NCBI GenBank assembly: GCA_017406905.1
Contig: JAFQXN010000002.1
Coordinates: 3,501 to 67,500 of the forward strand
DNA from: Candidatus Saccharimonadota bacterium
GTDB lineage: Bacteria > Patescibacteriota > Saccharimonadia > Saccharimonadales > Saccharimonadaceae
Length of the DNA stretch: 64,000 nucleotides
Direction: 5' to 3'
In this document: positions 56,618 to 64,000 of the stretch, piece after piece
Layout: each line of letters begins with the position of its first letter
Numbering within the stretch: the first letter of the stretch is position 1
Program-made: the position numbers and the translations under genes
Notes under the pieces: model-generated
What the model was told of the DNA's origin: nothing
The model's input: only the letters and a program-made list of their open reading frames with translations
Database searches by the model: none

Positions 56618-57501
56618 TGGTCGGACTTTCTAATTTCAATTTTTTTGATATTTTTAAAAATGCGGTATTCTCCTTCGGCCTGCAATTCGACAGTGGCGGG
56701 TTGAGTAAATTCTAGAATGTCATCCGTAGTCTCGCTACCGGGGATACGGAAGAAAATGCTTTTTAACATTAGTTTGAAAAGTCGCCAAAAACTTGCCAAG
56801 CGGTCGGTCTGGCTGCGGAAAACTTTTGGCTTGCGATAATCTTCCCCACCCTTCATAATGCGCGCCATTGAACGACCATTGACGGCGGCATAATCAGAAG
56901 TTTGGCGATGTTGAAGGTGATTGTTTAATTTAAATTCGGGAATGAAGGTTTTTTGGTGACGATTTTTGAAATACCAACTAGCTAAACTTAAATATGAGCC
57001 AAAAGAACGGCCTGAGGATTTTTTGAGATTTTTGCGAACTTTGGGATTGTCATAAATTTCAACAGCTTCTGCCGTCATACCAATCGTGACATAACACGTG
57101 GCATAGCGAAAAAATTTATTATCGACTAAAATTTCGAGTGGATAGAGTTTGCCGGTGTGATATTTGTGATTGAAAATATCGTGAAAATTAGAAGTGCGAA
57201 GCGTACGCGAGAGGTCATTGAAATTGCCGTACGGAAGTGCAGCAAGAGTGGCGTTTTTACCGGATAGTAAAATGCTGTTTGAGGCGATGGAAGCGGTAGC
57301 ATCACCACCGGCAGAGATAATTAAATCATCGTCTTTGATGATTTTGGCAAGTTTGGCGGCGTTTTGGTCTACGTCGGTGTTTTCAACTTCGTATTTGCCA
57401 ATGATGTAGCCTTTGAGGGTATTGGCTTGACTAAGGACTTCTTTTTGGACATCCGCGAAACGCGATGAGCGCGGATTATAGACGATTAAAATCCTTTTCA
57501 T
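56593..57501 (-). CDS. diacylglycerol kinase family (YegS-like) protein
   Basis: VYNPRS, SAGGDAT, LPYGNFNDLSR, AEGE. Confidence 0.85.
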   Translation of the reverse strand: MKRILIVYNPRSSRFADVQKEVLSQANTLKGYIIGKYEVENTDVDQNAAKLAKIIKDDDLIISAGGDATASIASNSILLSGKNATLAALPYGNFNDLSRTLRTSNFHDIFNHKYHTGKLYPLEILVDNKFFRYATCYVTIGMTAEAVEIYDNPKVRKNLKKSSGRSFGSYLSLASWYFKNRHQKTFIPEFKLNNHLQHRQTSDYAAVNGRSMARIMKGGEDYRKPKVFRSQTDRLASFWRLFKLMLKSIFFRIPGSETTDDILEFTQPATVELQAEGEYRIFKNIKKIEIRKSDQCLKVIEN

Positions 57502-57945
57502 TTAGACTCCGAGTGGCTTGAAGCCCGGAATGAGCCAATTGAGAAGAGCGTAAATAATCACATAAGCAACGAGGCCAATGACAATTTCAAACATACGGCG
57601 CTTGGCTTTGCGGGTTTTTTCTTCGTTGCCGCCAGCGGTGAGATATTGAATGCCAACGATGGTGATACCGATGACGCCAAGAATGCCAATACCAATAGTC
57701 ATAATGTTGACAACGAGATTAAGAATATCCAGAATACTAGAGCCCTCGCCATTATCGCATTTACAGCGAATTGTCTTGCCAGTGTAGTCACTACCGACTT
57801 TATTGCCGTTTTCGTCATAGAGACCACCAAGCACGGATGTAGGGACGCAACTTTCTGGACATTTGATTGCAGCGGATGTAGGTGCGGCGATTAAGAATCC
57901 GCTCATGAAGATTGTTAATAATCCGAGTAGTATTTTCCTTCTCAT
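57502..57945 (-). CDS. VirB2/TrbC-like pilin-type protein
   Basis: Signal peptide, Cys pairs, IGILGVIGITIVGIQYLTAGGNEEKTRKAKRRMFEIVIGL. Confidence 0.75.
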   Translation of the reverse strand: MRRKILLGLLTIFMSGFLIAAPTSAAIKCPESCVPTSVLGGLYDENGNKVGSDYTGKTIRCKCDNGEGSSILDILNLVVNIMTIGIGILGVIGITIVGIQYLTAGGNEEKTRKAKRRMFEIVIGLVAYVIIYALLNWLIPGFKPLGV

Positions 57946-57953
57946 GATTTCTC

Positions 57954-58928
57954 CTATTTCAAATATTCGTGCAATTTTTTGGTGTCTTTGTTTTTGCGGA
58001 GCTTGGAAAGGGCTTTGGCTTCGATCTGGCGGATACGTTCGCGGGTAACATCGAACTCTGAGCCGACTTCTTCTAATGTATGCGGGCGCCCGCCGCCAAT
58101 ACCAAAACGAAGGCGGATAATTTTTTGTTCACGCTCGGTAAGGGTGGAGATAATTTCGGAAAGTTGTTCTTTGAGGATTTGATTTGCGGCGGTCTCTTCT
58201 GGGGATGCGCGCTCTTCGTCTTCGACAAAATCACCGAGTACAGAATCTTCGTCGTCACCTTCGCGACCGACGGAAGCATCGAGTGAAGCAATATCTTGCT
58301 TAATGCGCATGACGTAATCGATCTTTTCGGGCTCCATGTCAAGCTCTTTGGCGATTTCTTCGTTTGTGGGTTCGCGATTAAGCTCGGCGGTAAGCTTGCG
58401 GGTGGTTCGAAGGACTTTGTTAATGGTCTCAACCATGTGGACCGGGATACGGATAGTACGAGCTTGATCAGCGATGGCGCGAGTGATAGCCTGACGCACC
58501 CACCAAGTAGCATAAGTGGAGAATTTAAAACCTTTGTCGGGGTCAAATTTTTCGACGGCACGCAAAAGGCCAGTGTTCCCTTCTTGGATAAGATCAAGAA
58601 AATCTAGGCCACGGCCACCATAACGCTTGGCAATAGAAACGACTAGGCGCATATTGGATTCGACCATTTTGTCTTTGGCTTTTTTATCGCCTTTGACAAT
58701 GCGCGACGCGAGGTCGGCTTCTTCTTCTGGAGTAAGAAGTGGGATTTTACCGATTTCACGAAGATATAATCTGACGGAATCGTCAGCAAAAGCATCGACA
58801 TTTTCAGCCGTAATAGCGAGCTCCTCGTCTGAAAGCTCTTCCTCGTTCTCGAGGTCGCCAGTGCCTGGCTCGTCGAAATCTAAAGTTAAATCTTTTGCAT
58901 TCAAAATATCGTCTTTTTTCGAGCTCAT
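57954..58928 (-). CDS. rpoD: primary sigma factor RpoD (short, lacking region 1.1)
   Basis: [52 protein letters not shown]. Confidence 0.97.
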   Translation of the reverse strand: MSSKKDDILNAKDLTLDFDEPGTGDLENEEELSDEELAITAENVDAFADDSVRLYLREIGKIPLLTPEEEADLASRIVKGDKKAKDKMVESNMRLVVSIAKRYGGRGLDFLDLIQEGNTGLLRAVEKFDPDKGFKFSTYATWWVRQAITRAIADQARTIRIPVHMVETINKVLRTTRKLTAELNREPTNEEIAKELDMEPEKIDYVMRIKQDIASLDASVGREGDDEDSVLGDFVEDEERASPEETAANQILKEQLSEIISTLTEREQKIIRLRFGIGGGRPHTLEEVGSEFDVTRERIRQIEAKALSKLRKNKDTKKLHEYLK

Positions 58929-58973
58929 TACAAGTGAGTATACCTCAAGTTGGTGTTTTTTGCAAGACTTGCG

Positions 58974-60605
58974 TTATCCTTCGCGCCGGATATTATCTAT
59001 CTCGCGAATAATATTATTATATTCATGATCATCTTCGTCCAAATTGGAAAGTTTTTCACTTAGTTCGGCGATTTTTTGACGTTTGGTTTCGGCATCATAA
59101 CGAGCAAGCAACTCGGCGGCTTCACGTTCGATGTCGGTATGAGAAACTTCATGCTCACGATTGAAAATAAGTTCAAGTTCAGCGAGACGCGTGTCATCGT
59201 CTGGCACGTCGAGAGGGATATTGGTTTTAGTGACGCCGCCAAAAATTTTGATGGCAAGGAGAGAATTTTCGAGTTTTTTAAGTTTGTCATTTTTAAGCTC
59301 GGTTTTGGGTTTTTTGAAGTATTTTTTGCCGGATTGGGCTAATTTTTGGTTTAATCTTTCTCCTTTTTCGCGTAGGATTTCTACGTCGACATTGAGTTTT
59401 TGGGCAACTTTTTCTTCGTAACTAGCGCGTTCGATTTCGTCTTTAATATAGGATAAAAGTTTTAGAGCGACGTCGGAGTATTTTTTCTTGTCAGGAGCAA
59501 GACGAAGATTTAGATTTTCTTCGTATTTGTTAAGAAGCCAGTCAACGGCCGGAATGCGTTCTTCGACGGCCGATTGCCAAAGTTTAGGATCTTTCTGAAT
59601 GAGCTCGTCCGGGTCTTTGGCGCCGTGGTAATTAGAGATGACTGTCAAATCGATGCCGAGATCGCCCGCCATCATGATAGCGCGTTCGGTAGCTTTGACG
59701 CCGGCAGCATCGCCGTCATAGGCAAGACGAATGTCGCTAGTAAGATTGGAAAGCGATTTAAGATGCTGCTCGGTCATAGCTGTACCGCTGGTAGCAACAG
59801 CTTCTTTGACGCCGGCTTGGTGAGATGAAATAACATCCATATTCCCTTCTACAATAACAACAAATCCATTTCGACGAATTGATTCTTTGGCTTGATAAAG
59901 TCCAAAAATGTAACGGGATTTATTAAATAGTAATGTTTCGGGAGTGTTGAGATATTTAGGTTCGCCTTTATCCAAAATGCGAGCAGTGAAGCCAATGACG
60001 CTGCCGGTTGTGTCGATGAATGGAACAGTCATACGATTGCGAAACATATCGCCTTTGAAACGATTAAGAAGCCCGGCGGCGTCTAGCTCGTCTTCGGTAA
60101 AGCCTCGTTTTTTGAGAACTTCGGTTAAACTTTTGCCACTGGGTGGCGCATAACCGATTTTAAACTCGGTGACGGTGGCGCGATTGAGATTGCGCTTGTA
60201 AAAAACGTACTCGCAGACGGCCTTGCTGCGCGTAAGGCAAACTTGATAATATTTCGTGGCGAGAGCGAGAGCTTCTTTGGCACGAACTTTTTTCTTGGAA
60301 ACGGCAGGGTCGCCGCCGCGATATTTACCCAAATCAACGCCGGCTTGGGCGGCAAGTTTCTCTAATGCTTCTTTGAAACTGATTCCCTCAACTTCCATAA
60401 TGAAAGTAAAAATATCGCCACCTTTATTGGCGGAAAAATCATGCCAAATACCTTTTTCTGGAGAGACCATGAAACTGGGAGTTTTATCTACGCCCCATGG
60501 TGAGCGGCCTTTGAGATTCCGGCCGGCTCGTTTTAGCTCCACATACTGCCCCACAACATCTTCCACCGCTAGTCGGGATTTTATTTCCTCCTTAGCATCA
60601 TTCAT
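58974..60605 (-). CDS. dnaG: DNA primase (zinc-binding domain without Cys ligands)
   Basis: KYLNTPET, VEGNMDV, YDGDAAG, KDPDE. Confidence 0.96.
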   Translation of the reverse strand: MNDAKEEIKSRLAVEDVVGQYVELKRAGRNLKGRSPWGVDKTPSFMVSPEKGIWHDFSANKGGDIFTFIMEVEGISFKEALEKLAAQAGVDLGKYRGGDPAVSKKKVRAKEALALATKYYQVCLTRSKAVCEYVFYKRNLNRATVTEFKIGYAPPSGKSLTEVLKKRGFTEDELDAAGLLNRFKGDMFRNRMTVPFIDTTGSVIGFTARILDKGEPKYLNTPETLLFNKSRYIFGLYQAKESIRRNGFVVIVEGNMDVISSHQAGVKEAVATSGTAMTEQHLKSLSNLTSDIRLAYDGDAAGVKATERAIMMAGDLGIDLTVISNYHGAKDPDELIQKDPKLWQSAVEERIPAVDWLLNKYEENLNLRLAPDKKKYSDVALKLLSYIKDEIERASYEEKVAQKLNVDVEILREKGERLNQKLAQSGKKYFKKPKTELKNDKLKKLENSLLAIKIFGGVTKTNIPLDVPDDDTRLAELELIFNREHEVSHTDIEREAAELLARYDAETKRQKIAELSEKLSNLDEDDHEYNNIIREIDNIRREG

Positions 60606-60622
60606 GATATAATTATAGCATA

Positions 60623-61240
60623 ATGGAAGGTCAAGAGTACTTGAACCAGATTTCAGCTACGGTGCGACCAGAAAAAAAGTCTGGGGGTGGTGGATTTTTG
60701 TCATCTAAATTTTTCTTAGTAGGCACAATTGGCGTCGTATTGCTGGTAGTGATTATGATAATCGGAATGTTACTAGGCGGAGGTAAAGGCGGAGAAAAAA
60801 ATTTATCTTTTGCTTTGAAGTTACATTTAGATAACACCTCGGCCGTGATTCAAAAATATCAGCCAAATGTAAAATCTTCAGATTTGCGTTCAAGTAGCGC
60901 ATCGCTTTATAGTGTACTTTCCAACACGAGTCGCGATTTAACAAATTATATTACGGAAAAATACGATTATAAAGAAAAAAATGTAAATAAAAATTTGGTG
61001 GAGGAAGCGACTACCGCGAAGGACGCGCTTGAGAATGAATTATTTAAAGCAAAAATTAATGGCATTATGGATAGGATTTATGCGCATAAAATGGCTTATG
61101 AGATTGCGGCATTTATGATGGAGGAGTCAAAGCTAATAAATTCCACCGGGAATGCAACATTGAAAGAATCATTAACCACATCTTATAATAGTTTGAAAAA
61201 TCTATACGATAAATTTAATGATTTTTCGGAAACTAAATAA
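60623..61240 (+). CDS. hypothetical single-TM protein
   Basis: 205 aa, N-terminal TM helix followed by a helical domain. Confidence 0.75.
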   Translation: MEGQEYLNQISATVRPEKKSGGGGFLSSKFFLVGTIGVVLLVVIMIIGMLLGGGKGGEKNLSFALKLHLDNTSAVIQKYQPNVKSSDLRSSSASLYSVLSNTSRDLTNYITEKYDYKEKNVNKNLVEEATTAKDALENELFKAKINGIMDRIYAHKMAYEIAAFMMEESKLINSTGNATLKESLTTSYNSLKNLYDKFNDFSETK

Positions 61241-61260
61241 TTTATAAAGAAAGGATTATT

Positions 61261-61707
61261 ATGGCGAAGGCTGATGAGGTGGAGAAAAAGAATCAGAAAA
61301 CTGCAAAGGCGAAGGAGGCTTTAGGTAAAGCACGCAAGAGCGGTTCTAGCTTTAAGGATGAATTTATAGAATTCATCAATCGCGGCTCCGTGGTGGATTT
61401 AGCAGTAGGTGTAGCGGTAGGTGGAGCCTTTACGGCAATTGTCAATTCCCTGGTGAATGATATAATAATGCCAATCGTAGGACTTTTGGCGGGTGGTGTG
61501 GATTTCACCGGCCTAGCAATTACAATTCCAAATTTCTTTGGTGGCGACGATGCGGCAGTGATTGCTTACGGTAATTTTATTCAGAACGTGATTCAATTCT
61601 TGATTATTGCGTGGGTAATCTTTATGATTATCAAAGGCATGAATAGATTGAACCGCAAACGTGACAAAAAGGCTGAAGCGGATAAAACCGATAAATCTGA
61701 CAAATAA
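61261..61707 (+). CDS. mscL: large-conductance mechanosensitive channel
   Basis: EFINRGSVVDLAVGVAVGGAFTAIVNSLV..YGNFI. Confidence 0.95.
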   Translation: MAKADEVEKKNQKTAKAKEALGKARKSGSSFKDEFIEFINRGSVVDLAVGVAVGGAFTAIVNSLVNDIIMPIVGLLAGGVDFTGLAITIPNFFGGDDAAVIAYGNFIQNVIQFLIIAWVIFMIIKGMNRLNRKRDKKAEADKTDKSDK

Positions 61708-61708
61708 A

Positions 61709-61996
61709 TTAGTTAGTGAGGTTGTAACTAAGTCTAATTAAATCTTCAAGTTCTTGTTGGTCGAGCTGACCGGCAAGAACTATTTCTATGCCACCGCGGC
61801 CAAAATAACGAGATTCCATGACTGATTCATATTTTGTTTTTAATAAATCGCTGAGTTTTTCATCGCAACGTACTTCGATGGTATTTTTGGTAATAACAAG
61901 AAAAACTTTTTCTTGTTTGAAAAAAAGTTCTCGTTGTTTTTCTTTTTTAACCGTATAGCCTTCAAGGCCGGCTATTTTAGAAATGTCAAATACCAT
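61709..61996 (-). CDS. MmcQ/YjbR-family-like protein
   Basis: RCDEKLSDLL..SRYF..QELEDLIRLSYNL. Confidence 0.6.
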   Translation of the reverse strand: MVFDISKIAGLEGYTVKKEKQRELFFKQEKVFLVITKNTIEVRCDEKLSDLLKTKYESVMESRYFGRGGIEIVLAGQLDQQELEDLIRLSYNLTN

Positions 61997-62496
61997 TTGA
62001 ACTCCTCGATTGAACCATTAATATCATCAAGTGCGCGATGATTTTCTGGTTTGATAAATTTTTTGTTGAGCGCGTTTTCAAAATAAATTTTCCAGGAAGA
62101 GACGTCTAATATGCGGTAGTGAAGTTTGCTGTTCAGCTTCGGCATTTCGCGTTCAATAAATTTGCGATCTTGGTGGACGGAATTGCCAGCGAGATAAATC
62201 GTGTTACCGAAATATTTGTCGACAAAAGCCAGGAGTTCGCTTTCTATGGTTTGAATTGGTTTGCCGGTAGAATTTTGCGCGATGAGCGCATCGCGAGATT
62301 TTGGATTTTTTTCCCAAAAATCGCCGACCATACGTTGCGCGATGATTTCCGGCTCAACTTTGACGATGCCTTCATAAGTGGCGATGGTGTTAAGATCCAT
62401 ATCGGTCGCGATGGCGGCGACTTCAAGAATTTTGTCTTTTTCAGGATTAAGACCGGTCATTTCAAGATCAATCCATAATAATTTGGCTTTTTTCAT
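61972..62496 (-). CDS. orn: oligoribonuclease
   Basis: WIDLEMTGL, AGNSVHQDRKF, HYRILDVSS, HRALDDI. Confidence 0.95.
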   Translation of the reverse strand: MKKAKLLWIDLEMTGLNPEKDKILEVAAIATDMDLNTIATYEGIVKVEPEIIAQRMVGDFWEKNPKSRDALIAQNSTGKPIQTIESELLAFVDKYFGNTIYLAGNSVHQDRKFIEREMPKLNSKLHYRILDVSSWKIYFENALNKKFIKPENHRALDDINGSIEEFKWYLTFLK

Positions 62497-64000
62497 TACA
62501 TCTCCTCCGGGATATTGATGCCAAGTAAATCGAGACCATGAGAAATTGTATTAAGATAAACTTGAACTAGCCTGGCGCGCACTTGTTCCTTGTCGCTGCC
62601 AGCAACTGGGCAGCTTTCGTAGAAACGGCTAAAGGCCTGAGCCAGCTCGTAAAGATAGTTGGCAACTTTGTGGGGAGCCAACTCGGCAACGGATTCTTGC
62701 AAGACTGGCTTATATTCCAAAAGTTTCTTAGCGAGTTGCCGTTCAGACGAGTTTAAGGTACTCGCTTGTTGGGTATTTTGTGGTTTAACAATTTTTGCTA
62801 AAATCTTCTTGGCACGAACGGCAGAGTAAAGGAGGTAGGGGCCGGAGTTGCCGGTCATTTTAACTGATTCTTGAGGATCAAAAATGATATTGCCGCCCAT
62901 TTTATATTTGAGGAAGGCGTATTTAGTGGCGGCAAGGGCAACATTCTCGTCGGTAGAATTATATTCAACCTTAAGCTCGTCTTTAATCATATCGAGCACA
63001 TCTACAGCTTTTAAGAAATTACCTTTTCTGGATGACATTTTAATATTGCCAGGAAGTTTGACGAGGCCATGGGTAAGATGAGTAGTGCGGCTGGTTAGCT
63101 CTGGAGCATATTGCTCGATAGATTTAAGAACAACTTTCATGTAATCAAGCTGCTCGGAGCCGGTGATAACGACTGATTTATCAAAATGATAATCTTGCCA
63201 TTTGGTGAAAATGAGGCCGACATCTTTTGTTTCATAAGTAGGAACGCCTTCTTTATTAATAAAGACGCGAGTATGTAAACCAAATTTGTCGCCGTTAAAA
63301 ATGACGGCGCCGTCGGAATATTCGTAAATTCCTTTTGCTAGTTGCTCTTTGACGGTAGCAAGCCCAAGGGCGGCAACGGTAGATTCTGGATAATATTTAT
63401 CAAATTGAACGCCGATTTGTTTGTAGAAATCGCGGAAGTAATCATAGGATAATTCCCTGGCGTGCCAATATAAATCAGCAAGAGGCGTGCCGTGAATTTT
63501 GTCGTGATTGATTTGGTAGATTTCTTTGTTTAATTTAGTGATTCGTTCGTGCGCAGAGGAATCTTCGTCGTAGGCGGCAGTACCCGCGATGTAACAATTA
63601 GCAATATCTTCAATTTGAAGGCTGGAGGTATCTTTTTGTTGTAAAATATACATGGTTTTAGCTACATGTAGCCCCACATCTCCACCGAAATTAGCGCGAA
63701 TGACGCGAGCTCCGGCGTATTCGAAGAGACGACTAATTGAATCGCCGACGATGGAAGTATATAGATGACCAACGTGGAGGACTTTAAAAGGATTCGGATC
63801 AGAAAATTCGCAAATAATGGTTTTGTTTTGATATTCGCCATAGGAGATATTTTGGGCGAAGTCTGTAGTGTAATTATCTATAGCCGTGTTTAAATATTCG
63901 TCGGAGAGATTAAAATTTAAAAAACCAGGCGATGAAATGAAAGTGCCGTTTTCTGGATTGATTATTGTATTCCCTACTATTGCTTGAGATAATTCTTCGG
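62496..64000 (-). CDS. argS: arginine--tRNA ligase (5' end beyond the window)
   Basis: The frame stays open to the window edge. EFSDPNPFKVLHVGH, KMSSRKG, GNSGPYLLY. Confidence 0.96.
   Translation of the reverse strand, partial: EELSQAIVGNTIINPENGTFISSPGFLNFNLSDEYLNTAIDNYTTDFAQNISYGEYQNKTIICEFSDPNPFKVLHVGHLYTSIVGDSISRLFEYAGARVIRANFGGDVGLHVAKTMYILQQKDTSSLQIEDIANCYIAGTAAYDEDSSAHERITKLNKEIYQINHDKIHGTPLADLYWHARELSYDYFRDFYKQIGVQFDKYYPESTVAALGLATVKEQLAKGIYEYSDGAVIFNGDKFGLHTRVFINKEGVPTYETKDVGLIFTKWQDYHFDKSVVITGSEQLDYMKVVLKSIEQYAPELTSRTTHLTHGLVKLPGNIKMSSRKGNFLKAVDVLDMIKDELKVEYNSTDENVALAATKYAFLKYKMGGNIIFDPQESVKMTGNSGPYLLYSAVRAKKILAKIVKPQNTQQASTLNSSERQLAKKLLEYKPVLQESVAELAPHKVANYLYELAQAFSRFYESCPVAGSDKEQVRARLVQVYLNTISHGLDLLGINIPEEM

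Noticed and set aside
1-64000. CRISPR array, cas genes, integrase, transposase, reverse transcriptase, prophage or rRNA
   Set aside because: No regularly spaced repeat-spacer array or recognisable motifs were seen. The only RT-associated domain is a stand-alone RNase HI.

Overview
A 64 kb chromosomal backbone segment of a small-genome bacterium, most consistent with Candidatus Saccharibacteria (TM7, Patescibacteria/CPR). This is inferred from gene content and protein sequence style. Most genes lie on the minus strand. Housekeeping genes: gyrA/gyrB, infC-rpmI-rplT-rpmB, thrS, ileS, argS, miaA, rel, parAB, ftsAZ, nrdR, map, adk, polA, mutM, rpoD, dnaG, orn, mscS/mscL. It also carries three tRNAs, tmRNA, RNase P RNA, a short 6S-like RNA, and several surface or accessory genes. 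No CRISPR array, integrase, transposase or prophage was seen. Main observations: (1) tmRNA is flanked by two unannotated, promoter-driven, structured RNA candidates (~370 nt and ~105 nt). (2) A family of GC-rich hairpin elements appears inserted in-frame inside miaA and twice inside ileS, read in different frames and with compensatory stem changes, resembling Rickettsia palindromic elements. (3) A 145-aa mini-NrdD (ATP-cone-like N-terminus plus RITGY glycyl-radical tail) sits behind a consensus promoter with tandem NrdR boxes, while NrdR itself has lost its Zn-ribbon cysteines. (4) A poly-G14 tract sits in the -35/-10 spacer of a surface LRR protein promoter. (5) At least 11 genes look leaderless (TGn-TATAAT-6/7 nt-ATG). 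All structure and homology calls were made by eye, without database searches.
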